A DNA stretch of 64,000 nt from a virus (Duplodnaviria; Caudoviricetes): the IMG/VR virus record IMGVR_UViG_3300034061_006011; one strand, given 5' to 3'. Numbering within the stretch: position 1 is the stretch's first letter; the number at the start of each line of letters is the position of its first letter. Shown here in pieces: positions 8,445 through 18,873 of this stretch. The translations under genes were made by a program, and so were the position numbers. Under the pieces are notes generated by a model. The model searched no databases, was not told where the DNA came from, and saw only the letters and a program-made list of their open reading frames with translations.

Positions 8445-11400
8445 TTAAAATATATTACTATGCCATTGAGAAGAATTTACCCTTTTTGGCAATCTACTGA
8501 ATGTTAAAGTTATATCACTAAACTGAATGAATGAATTGTCTGTGTAGTCAAAGCTAACATATGCTATGTGGTCATTATCAGAACATGCAACAAGAGTATT
8601 TGCTGGATTATTATAATCTGGCTTGGTAGTATCTTGCATTCCTTTGAATGCAAGTGAATTGATACCCGGACCACCAGTTTGCCAAACAGCATTGTTTGGA
8701 TTATAAGCTGAAACACTTCCTGTGTTATTAAAGAAGTACAAACCAGATGAAAGATTAACAAGACCGCCTTCTAATTTTTCTGGTCCAGCAATATCAGCTA
8801 ATTTTTCAAAGTAATAAATAAGGTTAACACCATCTTCTTTTGTTTTATAGAAACTATTTATTTTAAAGAAATCTCCAATACCACTGTTCCTAAGAATATA
8901 ACCATTTCTGCCATTAAATGCAGTTCTGTATACTGAGAAATAACCATAAAGACTTGTTCCATCATCAAATTGTGATGGATTTTGTTTCAATTCTCCAGAA
9001 GAACCTAAGTACTGAATCCCTGATATTGTTGATGTTGAATATGAATTTGATATCAAATCATGTTGAAGAATCTGTTGATTTGTCAAAGAAAGACCAGCAG
9101 GTTGAGTTAATGGATTGCCAAATAGATAATAAATATTATTTTCAAAGCCATAAGCTATCCAGTTCCAAGGTCTGTATGTTGCATTAAATGCATTATAAGT
9201 TTCATTAAATGCATTATAATTTATAGAAATTATCTTTTCTAAACTAACAGGATCAACGGCATCTCTACCTGTCGCATAATTCAACAGAAGACTGCCACCA
9301 TAACCACTTGAATAAACACTATTAAGTGTAGAAAAACTATTTCTAGAAAATTCTCTAATTGCTTGAGTGTCATTTTCTGTGCCTTGCAAGAAATTATCAT
9401 TAATGAAAACTTCTTGACCAGTAGATTGTGTTGTTTTAAATGTGTGACTTAAAAGACCAAATTCGTTTGCGTAAATATAATTTGAATTGGCTCCATAAGT
9501 AAACAAATAATAGTTCTTTAATTCTATTACATTAATATAATTTGCTTTTTGTGTTATTCTATAAGAACCATTTTCTGTCAAGCATTGAAGAACTAGATCA
9601 TAGACTCCACCAATAGGATAACTTATATTTGTGTAAGAATTATTTGGGTGAGAAAGAACATCGCTTAGTATCCAATTGTATTCTGTCACTGGATCAATTG
9701 CGTTTTCTCCATTGTCTGTAACTACAACGTAAAGATTAATATTGTTTGGTGTCTTTACTTGTCCATTTATTTCTATTTGATAAGTGTTTAATTCTGGAAC
9801 AATTGTTGCAAAATCTGGAGCTTCATATCTTGCATTGATATAATCTGGGAATTCTGAAACATTTGTGCCAAATTCATTGGTAACAGTTAATGTTACAGTA
9901 TAAATTCCCGGATTTTGATATGTGTGCGTTACATCAGCTGAAGAGTTTTTGGTGGAATAATTAATAACTTTTGTTGAACCATCTCCAAAATCCCATGTGT
10001 AAGTTATATCATTTCCCCGTAATTCTTTTCCAGAATTAAAACTTAAATCTGTAAAATAAACTTCTAAAGGAACAATTCCTACTGTTGCGTTTGCGTTAAA
10101 CCAAGGTTTTGGATTATAAGCAATACTTCTAATGTAATTAATTCTCTGTTCAATCGTACCAACCAGAGGTTTAGTAGCAATTTGATTAGCAACACCAACA
10201 TAATTCTGAATTGTTTTTAATGCGTTTTTAACAGCATTATGGTGTTGAGCAACAACATTCAATGTGACATTGGTTACATTTTTAGGTTTGTAGGAATCAA
10301 CAAATTCATCTAAAAGTTTAATTCCTTCAAATGTAGTGTTTGTTTTTGATGTGTAATAGAAAGAAATTGCTCTAAATTCAGGTTCACTACAGTTTTCTGT
10401 TAAAGTTATAATCCCTGCATCAGGGAACAAAGCCATCATAATTGGATTGTTCTCAACCACAACTGATATGTCACCAAGATTGTAATCTTGCGCCAACATT
10501 AATCTCAAACTATCTTTTGTAGCATAAAGATTAGCATCGCTATCATATTGTGTTGGGAAGTTAATAGCTGGTAAAACTGCACTTACTTCTGGAGCAACTG
10601 GTGCTACAGGAACAATAGGCGGTAATGGTGTTGCTGGTCCTGCTATTGGTGTCGTAGGTGCAATCGGACTTGGTATTGGAGTCGGTGTCGGTGCAGGTGT
10701 TGGAACGGGAATAGGTGCAGGAACTGGAATTGGCGTTACTGTAGGCGTTGCTGGTCCTACTGCTGGTGTTGCTGGTCCTACTGCTGGTGTTGCTGGTCCT
10801 ACTGCTGGTGTTGCTGCTGGTGTTGCTGCTGGTGTTGCTGGTCCTACTGCTGGTGTTGCTGGTCCTACTGCTGGTGTAGCTGGTGTAAAGCTTGGTGTTG
10901 CTGGTGTAAAGCTTGGTGTTGTTGGTCCTGCTGGTGTAAAGCTTGGTGTTGTTGGTCCTGCTGGTGTAAAGCTTGGTGTTGTTGGTCCTGCTGCTGGTGT
11001 AAAGCTTGGTGTTGTTGGTCCTGCTGCTGGTGTAAAGCTTGGTGTTGTTGGTCCTGCTGCTGGTGTAAAGCTTGGTGTTGCTGGTGTAAAGCTTGGTGTT
11101 GCTGGTGTAGCTGATGGTGTAGGTGTTGTTCTTGATACGCAACTAGTTGTTGCTTCCTGACCTATATAATCGCCTGAATATGTGGGTTGTGCATTCTCGC
11201 ACCAGCATTCTGTCGTGCATGAGTTGTTTATCAATAGCCAATAAGAAAAACCACCCGCTTGAAACCACTGCCAAAAACAACTGCCACATACTGGTGTTGC
11301 TGGTGTTGCTGGTGTTGATGGTGTTGCTGGTGTTGATGGTGTTGCTGGTGTTGCTGGTGTTGATGGTGTTGATGGTGTAAAGCTTGGTGTTGCTGGTCCT

Positions 11401-12911
11401 GCTGGTGTAAAGCTTGGTGTTGCTGGTCCTGCTGGTGTAAAGCTTGGTGTTGCTGGTCCTGCTGGTGTAAAGCTTGGCGTTGCTGGTCCTGCTGGTGTTG
11501 CTGGTGTTGCTGGTCCTGCTGGTGTTGCTGGTGTTGCTGGTGTTGCTGGTGTTGCTGGTGTTGCTGGTGTTGCTGGTGTATACGGAGCAGCCTGCGGCGT
11601 ATGCGGTGTTGCTGGTGTTGCTGGTGTTGCTGGTGTTGCTGGTGTTGCTGGTGTTGCTGGTGTTGCTGGTGTTGCTGGTGTTGCTGGTGTTGCTGGTGTT
11701 GCTGGTGTTGGACTGCATTGAGATTGGTAAGTTTCATCAAGAAAACTAGCAGCATCAAAACATTGATCTTCTGCGTTACTGTCACACATAGTCCATGCTA
11801 ATAAAGTACAATCTGCCCAGCTACCAAGAGGAGAAAGACATGTTTCTAAATTTGCACACGCATCAATTTGAATACCATTAGGACAACAAACCATAGCAAT
11901 AATAGTACATTCAACATCATCGGCAGTTTTACATTCACCTGCAATTGCATCCCAATATGGAGGAATTCCTTGATGCCCTCCACCAGTACATCCATTGGTA
12001 CATTTTGCTTCTGCACCCGGAGTGGCAATAAAGCTACCTGAATCTGTTGTGTAACATCCTTGACTTTCACAGCATTCTTGATCTTGACATTGCGGTCCAG
12101 CTTGTGGTGTTGCATTTGGTGTAGCATTTGGTGTAGCATTTGGTGTAGCATTTGGTGTAGCTGGTGTAGCTGGTGTAGCTGGTGTAGCTGGTGGTGGTTG
12201 ACATGATGTTTGGTATGTATCACCCGGATTATCACAAGGACCGCCATCAATTGGACAAGAAACTCCACATTCTTCTGGGCACTCTGCATTTGTTCTTAAC
12301 CAGTTTCCTTCAATGCAAGCATAGTCACAAGAACCACCACAATTACAAGCAAAATGTCTTTTTTCTGATAAACTAGAACATGGTTCTAATTCTCCCGGAC
12401 AATACTCACCACAAGGTGCAGAACTTTGTGGTCCATCTGGACATGCTCCAAATTGCCCCTCACCAATTTGCCAACAACCTACAGGATAAGCTGGACCGCA
12501 AGGAGAGCATGTTTGTTCACAAAAACAACAGACTGTATCTGCTTCTGCACCAACATTTCCCGAAGTGCAATCATAAGCTGGACTACCACCATAAGTTGAA
12601 CTAGGCTGGGTGCAAGTCCCCATCAAACAATCACGAGTTTTGGTCCATGCATATCCACCATTTTGGGATTCGCATTTCCAACCGCAAGTTAGACCAGTTT
12701 CGTTTATCTTACGCACTTCTTCAACATTATTTCCTTTAAAGTTTTCAATATATTTTAATACTTGTTCAGCTTCATCAAATGTTTCATAAGGAGAAGATAA
12801 TATTGATTCACTTTCTTGTAAAGAATTATTATCTTCTAAATAAAGAATATAAAGATCATCATTATTAATGATGATATACCAACCTTTGATGAATTCTGAT
12901 TCTTCAGACAT
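8445..12911 (-). CDS. Fibre/adhesin-like virion protein: Cys-rich modules, TPA mucin-like repeats, anchor module, PKD
   Basis: PKD motif YTWDFGDGS...HTYQNPGIYTVTLTVTN; long TPA/TPSF repeat tracts. Confidence 0.75.
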   Translation of the reverse strand: MSEESEFIKGWYIIINNDDLYILYLEDNNSLQESESILSSPYETFDEAEQVLKYIENFKGNNVEEVRKINETGLTCGWKCESQNGGYAWTKTRDCLMGTCTQPSSTYGGSPAYDCTSGNVGAEADTVCCFCEQTCSPCGPAYPVGCWQIGEGQFGACPDGPQSSAPCGEYCPGELEPCSSLSEKRHFACNCGGSCDYACIEGNWLRTNAECPEECGVSCPIDGGPCDNPGDTYQTSCQPPPATPATPATPATPNATPNATPNATPNATPQAGPQCQDQECCESQGCYTTDSGSFIATPGAEAKCTNGCTGGGHQGIPPYWDAIAGECKTADDVECTIIAMVCCPNGIQIDACANLETCLSPLGSWADCTLLAWTMCDSNAEDQCFDAASFLDETYQSQCSPTPATPATPATPATPATPATPATPATPATPATPATPHTPQAAPYTPATPATPATPATPATPATPAGPATPATPAGPATPSFTPAGPATPSFTPAGPATPSFTPAGPATPSFTPSTPSTPATPATPSTPATPSTPATPATPVCGSCFWQWFQAGGFSYWLLINNSCTTECWCENAQPTYSGDYIGQEATTSCVSRTTPTPSATPATPSFTPATPSFTPAAGPTTPSFTPAAGPTTPSFTPAAGPTTPSFTPAGPTTPSFTPAGPTTPSFTPATPSFTPATPAVGPATPAVGPATPAATPAATPAVGPATPAVGPATPAVGPATPTVTPIPVPAPIPVPTPAPTPTPIPSPIAPTTPIAGPATPLPPIVPVAPVAPEVSAVLPAINFPTQYDSDANLYATKDSLRLMLAQDYNLGDISVVVENNPIMMALFPDAGIITLTENCSEPEFRAISFYYTSKTNTTFEGIKLLDEFVDSYKPKNVTNVTLNVVAQHHNAVKNALKTIQNYVGVANQIATKPLVGTIEQRINYIRSIAYNPKPWFNANATVGIVPLEVYFTDLSFNSGKELRGNDITYTWDFGDGSTKVINYSTKNSSADVTHTYQNPGIYTVTLTVTNEFGTNVSEFPDYINARYEAPDFATIVPELNTYQIEINGQVKTPNNINLYVVVTDNGENAIDPVTEYNWILSDVLSHPNNSYTNISYPIGGVYDLVLQCLTENGSYRITQKANYINVIELKNYYLFTYGANSNYIYANEFGLLSHTFKTTQSTGQEVFINDNFLQGTENDTQAIREFSRNSFSTLNSVYSSGYGGSLLLNYATGRDAVDPVSLEKIISINYNAFNETYNAFNATYRPWNWIAYGFENNIYYLFGNPLTQPAGLSLTNQQILQHDLISNSYSTSTISGIQYLGSSGELKQNPSQFDDGTSLYGYFSVYRTAFNGRNGYILRNSGIGDFFKINSFYKTKEDGVNLIYYFEKLADIAGPEKLEGGLVNLSSGLYFFNNTGSVSAYNPNNAVWQTGGPGINSLAFKGMQDTTKPDYNNPANTLVACSDNDHIAYVSFDYTDNSFIQFSDITLTFSRLPKRVNSSQWHSNIF
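10730..11711 (-). repeat. Intragenic tandem repeats encoding TPA / TPSFTPAGPA / TPAVGPA
   Basis: 11 perfect ACACCAGCA units at 11610-11708 plus larger derived units (for example 30 bp); one Cys-rich module interrupts the tract at about 11135-11290. Confidence 0.95.
12105..12190 (-). repeat. Intragenic TPA/TPNA repeats
   Basis: 9-bp and 12-bp tandem units. Confidence 0.9.
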
Positions 12912-13930
12912 TACAAAACCTTTATTGGATTGGAAATAATTATTCTGTTTACATTATTACCTTCAAGAGTAATCAACAATGTGGGAGCATAAGTTCCCGG
13001 TTTTTGATATGTGTGAGTTGTATAATGAATATTAGGGTTCTGCTGACTTTGATTGCCACCATCCTCAAATATCCAAAATCTCTCCACAATTTTACCAACA
13101 GATTGATCGATTAAATTAAATTCAGTAGGATCAACACCTAATTCAGCAGCAGTTTGAACCGAATACCCAATACTAGGCGTAGCATAAAAGAATAAATCAG
13201 GAGTATTAGTAGAAACATTAACATAACCAGTCTTAGATATTACGCCTTGCGCCCCAAGATCTGTAATAACACGCAACTTAACGTCAAAAGCACCTTCGTT
13301 AATATAAGTGTGAGTAGGACTCTTTAAAAGACTTGTGCCACCATCACCAAAATCCCAGAAAAATTTATTTGCAATAATATTACTAAAATTTTGAAACTTA
13401 ACAGTCAAAGGAGGTTTGCCATTCAAAGGATATCCTCTGAATAATGGTCTAGGAGTCAAATACTTAATTTCTTGCTTCTTTAAGATGCCATTAAGAGTCT
13501 CTGCCGCAGGTTCAACCAAAGTTCCGAGTGTTTGTTCAATCTTTATAATTGAGTCTTTAAGGCTATTGTGGTGATCAGCAAAGACACCACCAATAACCTG
13601 CGAACCAACAACCCAATTTGTTTCTCTTGAATCTCCAAAACCTCTAATTAAATTATAAAAAGTTTGACTTGTTTTGTTTTCGTAATAAATATATTCTGGA
13701 GGAGTTGCGTATTTATCTTCTAGATTAATTCTAATTAATCCCTTATCAGGGAAATTTTCTGTAGATTCTACAATTATTAGGTTCGCACCATAATTCAAAG
13801 CTTGAGTTAATGATGTTTCACTATTATTTTTAGCAGAATATAGCGTATCATAGCCATCAATAGCTTGTGGGAATATGGATAGATCACCAGTTGTGTATCC
13901 AATGTCATAACTACTTAACTTACTGACCAT
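12911..13930 (-). CDS. PKD-domain virion protein, paralog of the two long fibres
   Basis: FFWDFGDGGTS...PTHTYINEGAFDVKL and a second PKD-like THTYQKPGTYAPTL; shared anchor module. Confidence 0.75.
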   Translation of the reverse strand: MVSKLSSYDIGYTTGDLSIFPQAIDGYDTLYSAKNNSETSLTQALNYGANLIIVESTENFPDKGLIRINLEDKYATPPEYIYYENKTSQTFYNLIRGFGDSRETNWVVGSQVIGGVFADHHNSLKDSIIKIEQTLGTLVEPAAETLNGILKKQEIKYLTPRPLFRGYPLNGKPPLTVKFQNFSNIIANKFFWDFGDGGTSLLKSPTHTYINEGAFDVKLRVITDLGAQGVISKTGYVNVSTNTPDLFFYATPSIGYSVQTAAELGVDPTEFNLIDQSVGKIVERFWIFEDGGNQSQQNPNIHYTTHTYQKPGTYAPTLLITLEGNNVNRIIISNPIKVL

Positions 13931-14519
13931 TACCCAAAAGACCTTTCTGCTTGTTCATGGACTCAATCAAATTGTGCTTCAATCTACTATTATTTTCTAA
14001 TTGCAAAATTGATTTAACCAGTTCTTTATTTACGGGATGACCAAGCAAAAAATCTAAATTTAATTCGCTGCCGAACTTATTTTCAAAATATTCTGCCTGT
14101 GCATTATTATCATTCCATCCTTTTACCTTGATTTTTGCATCAATTTTATTAAAAAGACTTATGAAAACAGCACATTCTTCTTCTTGATTTTTCTTCTTTT
14201 CCAAAAGTTTTTGATGATTTATTTTTAAAGATTCAATAGTTCTTTCAATTTTCCTAACAATAAATTTAGATTTTTTAGTATTTTTTTCTAATTCTTCTTC
14301 AATTTCTATTTTCTTTATTTCAATATCATCTAAAATGTTGGCAAGTTCCATTTCAAGACTGACCAAACTATCATAACGAGATTCTAATTCTCTAAGACAC
14401 TGCCAAGCTTGAGAGTTTGGTGTAGTTTCTTTTCCTACAATAAATTTTTCTATTTGGAATTCGCTATGTCTGTTGCAAACAATATTTTTATCTAACAAAT
14501 CTTTGATGTTATTTAGCAT
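13920..14519 (-). CDS. Coiled-coil hypothetical protein (possible assembly chaperone)
   Basis: Heptad-rich E/K sequence; CTATGTTA-N4-ATG upstream. Confidence 0.6.
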   Translation of the reverse strand: MLNNIKDLLDKNIVCNRHSEFQIEKFIVGKETTPNSQAWQCLRELESRYDSLVSLEMELANILDDIEIKKIEIEEELEKNTKKSKFIVRKIERTIESLKINHQKLLEKKKNQEEECAVFISLFNKIDAKIKVKGWNDNNAQAEYFENKFGSELNLDFLLGHPVNKELVKSILQLENNSRLKHNLIESMNKQKGLLGNGQ

Positions 14520-14537
14520 GTAATAACATAGTGATTT

Positions 14538-15323
14538 TTAATCTAATGCTAAATTGAAATCTATTCTTATAACATCAGAAGATGTTATCGCTTGATCTAA
14601 CACAAAACCTAGACGATTTGTGTTTTCTGTAAATCCATTTAGCTGATAACTACTCGTTGCATATGGAGTTGGCACATAAATAGAAGCGCCATCACTGTAG
14701 ATTCTTGTACCATTTACATAAACCCTAAGAGATCCTTCTTCATAAGGAACATTAAGTCCAGTTATATAATTAATATAATCTGGACTTAAACCAGCTGACA
14801 ATGGTTCTATACTGTAAAAATGCCTGTGTGCATATTGCAAACCAACTTCAACTTCAGCAGTAATAATATTCGGTTCATGAACAACAAAGTTTATAGTACT
14901 TGAATTCTTAAATAAAATTGGTCCATTATCAAAATAAACAATCTGACTAACTTGATCAACTTGAATACTTATATTTTTAGCTTCATCAGCTATAAGAGCT
15001 AATTTTTGACGTTCAGAAAGAGTCATCCTTACATAATCAGTGCCATCATAAGATCCATCTGTATGTGCGCCTATATTATGAAGAGCTTCATCAATTTTAT
15101 ATGTTAAAAGATCTCCATTTGGAGCTATGGATTGATTTAATCTTGCTGCCAAAGTTCCTGTTGTTCCAATAGCAGATTCTAGAATTGCAGTATTAGCATC
15201 TACAGAATTATTAATTACCTCATCTCTTTGAGCCAAGGCATCAAATGGTTGATTATCCACCTGATAATAATAAGGCTGTAGTGCTTGATAACTTGGTACT
15301 GGGATTATACTAATATTAGGCAT
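14538..15323 (-). CDS. Hypothetical tail/baseplate-associated protein (start revised to MPNISI)
   Basis: TAAATA-N4-ATG at 15333-15321; this start avoids the overlap with the upstream gene. Confidence 0.65.
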   Translation of the reverse strand: MPNISIIPVPSYQALQPYYYQVDNQPFDALAQRDEVINNSVDANTAILESAIGTTGTLAARLNQSIAPNGDLLTYKIDEALHNIGAHTDGSYDGTDYVRMTLSERQKLALIADEAKNISIQVDQVSQIVYFDNGPILFKNSSTINFVVHEPNIITAEVEVGLQYAHRHFYSIEPLSAGLSPDYINYITGLNVPYEEGSLRVYVNGTRIYSDGASIYVPTPYATSSYQLNGFTENTNRLGFVLDQAITSSDVIRIDFNLALD

Positions 15324-15340
15324 GATATATTTAGAACGAA

Positions 15341-15808
15341 TTACAGCAAATTTATACGCCAGTTCCAAATAATTTGAATATCAGATGTTTTTGACAATGG
15401 CGAAAATGTCGCCATTGAGTATAAAACGTCATTATTCAACACTAATCCCATTTCAGAAAGCGAATAACCATTAGCATCGCTGAAACCTAACACAGAAGTA
15501 AAAATAACCTGTGTTGGGTTAGAGTTGTCAATACTTGCTGATACGGTCTTAGAAGCCCTAGTAATGCCAAACAAACCAGTTCTATCTTGATTTACATATC
15601 TTAAGGTTGTACCGTCAACACCATTGTCACCAAAAATCATTCTTGAGACAAACTGTTCATAACTACCAATGCTATTAGCTAAAACTTTTACAAGTTCAGC
15701 TCTACCACCAGCCAAAACAGCATTCTTGAAATCTATGACTTTCTCGGTGCCATTTTTGTCAATAATTTTACCACTTACAGAACCAAGAAAATTCGTTGAA
15801 TCAATCAT
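15341..15808 (-). CDS. Tail-fibre attachment/collar-like protein
   Basis: ANGYSLSEMGLVLNNDVLYSMATFSPLSKTSDIQIIWNWRI resembles tail-collar/fibre N-terminal modules. Confidence 0.55.
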   Translation of the reverse strand: MIDSTNFLGSVSGKIIDKNGTEKVIDFKNAVLAGGRAELVKVLANSIGSYEQFVSRMIFGDNGVDGTTLRYVNQDRTGLFGITRASKTVSASIDNSNPTQVIFTSVLGFSDANGYSLSEMGLVLNNDVLYSMATFSPLSKTSDIQIIWNWRINLL

Positions 15809-18800
15809 ATGTTCCCTTCAGTTTTCTTATTATCTTTAGTTAAAATAGTGTAACCAATACTTTCTTCTTGTACCGAAAAGTCTTTAGTCTCAGAACCAGA
15901 AGCTAAATCAGTCATTGCAAATGCTGGCAAGTTCATTATCTCATTTGTAATTACTTCTTGACCAGATCTATCTACAAAATCAAAATCTTGTAACATAATT
16001 GTTGCCGGATCTTTCACATATCTTATCAAGTCGTAAGAAACCGATGTTCCACCACTTGATATCGTTCCCCATTCTTCAAATTTACCAGATAAAAATAAAT
16101 ACTGATTAAGTCCTATTGTTTCTTCGCTTATTATCGAATAAAAAGAACTGTTAATTTCAATTAAATAGTTTTCTTTAAATGTGCTATCCTCTAATGCATT
16201 CGGATCATTTGGATCTGTAAATGTTGGGAAAGTAATTGGTTTTAAAAATAACATTTTATTATAATCTAAATTTCCACTATCAGCAGTAATTCTTTGCAAT
16301 ACTTTACCACTTACTCCACCTTGATCACCAGCATTGTAATTATCTATATAAATTTCGTTTGATGTATCTGGATATCCATCAATGTAATACTGAGAAGAAT
16401 CAGCATCAAAGAAGAAATAATTGTTTCTTGTTAAAAATGTTTGAATGTTTCCAATACCAGTTCCAGCATCAACTACTACTCTTCCCCTATAAACAACATT
16501 GTAAATACCATCATTTGATTCAAATATTATATTATTACTATTATCAAGAAGCTTGTAATCTAAATTTTCATAATAAGAATTTGTGAGAGACCCATCGTTC
16601 AGCAAGTAAATCTCATTGTTGACTATATTTGTTATTTCATAAATTAATCCAGTTGAAATAATTTGTATCTTCCAACTTGCAACAGCCTGACCATTGTCAA
16701 CATCAAATATAGTTTTTATTGGATAATAAAGGAAGTCTAAGGTAGAATCTGTTATAAAATACAAGTTATCTTGATAAACATCAAAATTAGAATCAGATAA
16801 AACAATATTGGAAAGTATAAAGCTAAATTCTGTTGTGTTTAAAGGTTCACTAATCGAACCAATTATTTCAACATAATTACCAACAGGATTTTGAACAGTA
16901 TATTCTCCGCTATTTACATGTGGAGATAAAATTTCTAATAATGTGTCAGATGAATTATTAGAAATGCCAATCGTTTCTAAATTTTGCAAAGGACAGAACA
17001 AAATAATTGATTCATTATATCCATTTGTTGTTCCACTTTCAGCGGTTTGCGCTGTTGCTAACATATTTCTAAGAACTTGACCATACACATTAGGTCTAAT
17101 ATTTCTGTTAAATATTGTATTAGCTTGACCAGAAATCAAATAATCAGAAGCATTATATTTTATTAAAATCTGCCAAGACTCATATGCTGGAAGCATATAG
17201 TCTTCCATATAGCCATTAAATTTCAATGTGTGAAGAATTGCATGAAATGGCGTGTATTCAGCAATTATTTCTTGTGCCTCGACTAATCTTATATTAGATA
17301 AATCTTGAACAGAAAGTTCTAGATTATATCTAGCACTAATTGTATCTCTACATGGTTCAATAAAGTTCTTGTCAATATCTTTAGGATCAAAACTGTCTCT
17401 TAATGAACCGTTATATTCATCCATGTTATAAGCTTGTTCTGAATATGGAAATTCAGTACGAATTTTACCAAAAACAATTGGCTCATAAAATGGATTTTTA
17501 ACATTTACAATCACATCAAATAAAGGATCTGTCTCTTCAATTGCATAAGTATTCCAATCCTTTGGTGGATACTCAAAATAACGATCATCTCTTGTGTCAA
17601 TCAAAGACAAACCTAATATGTAATTATGAATTTGAACTTGAGTTTCATTAGGAAATTCTTTTATTTGATATGTAATTTTTAATCTCGAAGATAGCTCTAG
17701 AGAGTTTCCTATATATTTCATATAAGAAACACCATTACTTGTATAAATTTCTATGTTGTCTAAGCTTATTGTTGCATAATCTGAAGTATTAGTTTCTAGT
17801 TGTAATAAAAAAAATGTATTATTTTTATCTAAACTTACTTTTGACAATTTAAAAATTGTTTCGCCAGAATACAAGAAACTTTCTGTATGTGAATATTTTG
17901 TCCCAACTTGCCACAATTGAGAAAATTCAACTAATTCCATTCCTGCATCGCTTAATGCTTGTCTAAGTCCTTCTAATCTGCCTTTCATTTTATTAAGAGG
18001 TACTGCTTTCTTAATTTGCTTGCGCCATCTAGTTGGATCAGAACTACGCAGTTTCAAATTGAAAAAGTTAGCCAAGTAAATTAGAAGCGGTTCTTGAAGA
18101 ACATTTGCATCTAGAAGATCAATAATTTGATTTACTAAATCTTCCATTTGCTTAAATCCATCATTCAAAGCAAGATTAAGCTTGTCTAATATTTCTGGAG
18201 TTCTATCTGTATCAGCATATGTACTTTTGTACATTTCTGGTAAATATCTTGTTAGTAAATCATAATACTTTTTTGGTGGAGTTCTGTGTGTTGGATTGCT
18301 GGTATATGCAGCAATGTCACTATTAAGATAAAATGGCAAGTGTGCGCTTAATGTATCACCAGATGGATTTGGTTTCCATTTATAACAAATGAAATAATCA
18401 CCTTCTCTTACATTGAAAGCATCCCAAAAAAATTGAAATCTGCAATAAGGGAATTCATCTGTTGGTGCTTTGATTACAATTGAATCTGTATTTGTTCCGC
18501 CACGAACCCAAAGTGGTTGTGTGGAACTGCCAGCTTGAAAAACTATTTGAGAATTTGCGTAGTAAAATGGATTAGTAACAATGCTTTTTTGCCAAGCATC
18601 AAAAGCATCGTTTGCAAGTTGAGCATTTTCTTCTGATGGATACTCACAGGCAATATTTTTTAGAACAAGATAACGAGCTTCTAAATTAGCTTGAGATATT
18701 TGAGTATCGTATTCTTGAATATTTGGGGAAGCATAATTTCTTTCAATGAAAAAAATTGTGATGTTTTCTATGTAATAAGGATCTATTGGATAGCATTTGT

Positions 18801-18873
18801 TTGCATCCGGTGTTAAGAATATAAATTCAACCCTATCATTAACTTTAGGGTTATCTGTGTATAGCTTATTCAT
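15805..18873 (-). CDS. Baseplate wedge protein (T4 gp7 / P2 gpI-like)
   Basis: RYLPEMY...LLDANVLQEPLLIYLANFF...KQIKKAVPLNKMKGRLEGLRQAL; directly downstream of the gp6-like gene. Confidence 0.7.
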   Translation of the reverse strand: MNKLYTDNPKVNDRVEFIFLTPDANKCYPIDPYYIENITIFFIERNYASPNIQEYDTQISQANLEARYLVLKNIACEYPSEENAQLANDAFDAWQKSIVTNPFYYANSQIVFQAGSSTQPLWVRGGTNTDSIVIKAPTDEFPYCRFQFFWDAFNVREGDYFICYKWKPNPSGDTLSAHLPFYLNSDIAAYTSNPTHRTPPKKYYDLLTRYLPEMYKSTYADTDRTPEILDKLNLALNDGFKQMEDLVNQIIDLLDANVLQEPLLIYLANFFNLKLRSSDPTRWRKQIKKAVPLNKMKGRLEGLRQALSDAGMELVEFSQLWQVGTKYSHTESFLYSGETIFKLSKVSLDKNNTFFLLQLETNTSDYATISLDNIEIYTSNGVSYMKYIGNSLELSSRLKITYQIKEFPNETQVQIHNYILGLSLIDTRDDRYFEYPPKDWNTYAIEETDPLFDVIVNVKNPFYEPIVFGKIRTEFPYSEQAYNMDEYNGSLRDSFDPKDIDKNFIEPCRDTISARYNLELSVQDLSNIRLVEAQEIIAEYTPFHAILHTLKFNGYMEDYMLPAYESWQILIKYNASDYLISGQANTIFNRNIRPNVYGQVLRNMLATAQTAESGTTNGYNESIILFCPLQNLETIGISNNSSDTLLEILSPHVNSGEYTVQNPVGNYVEIIGSISEPLNTTEFSFILSNIVLSDSNFDVYQDNLYFITDSTLDFLYYPIKTIFDVDNGQAVASWKIQIISTGLIYEITNIVNNEIYLLNDGSLTNSYYENLDYKLLDNSNNIIFESNDGIYNVVYRGRVVVDAGTGIGNIQTFLTRNNYFFFDADSSQYYIDGYPDTSNEIYIDNYNAGDQGGVSGKVLQRITADSGNLDYNKMLFLKPITFPTFTDPNDPNALEDSTFKENYLIEINSSFYSIISEETIGLNQYLFLSGKFEEWGTISSGGTSVSYDLIRYVKDPATIMLQDFDFVDRSGQEVITNEIMNLPAFAMTDLASGSETKDFSVQEESIGYTILTKDNKKTEGNI

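Noticed and set aside
10730-11711. CRISPR array
   Set aside because: Contiguous coding tandem repeats with no unique spacers and no cas genes
10561-12289. Alternative-frame ORFs (NTS-, QHQ-, LLV-, CCW-rich)
   Set aside because: Shadows of the stop-free 9-bp repeat inside the 1488-aa gene
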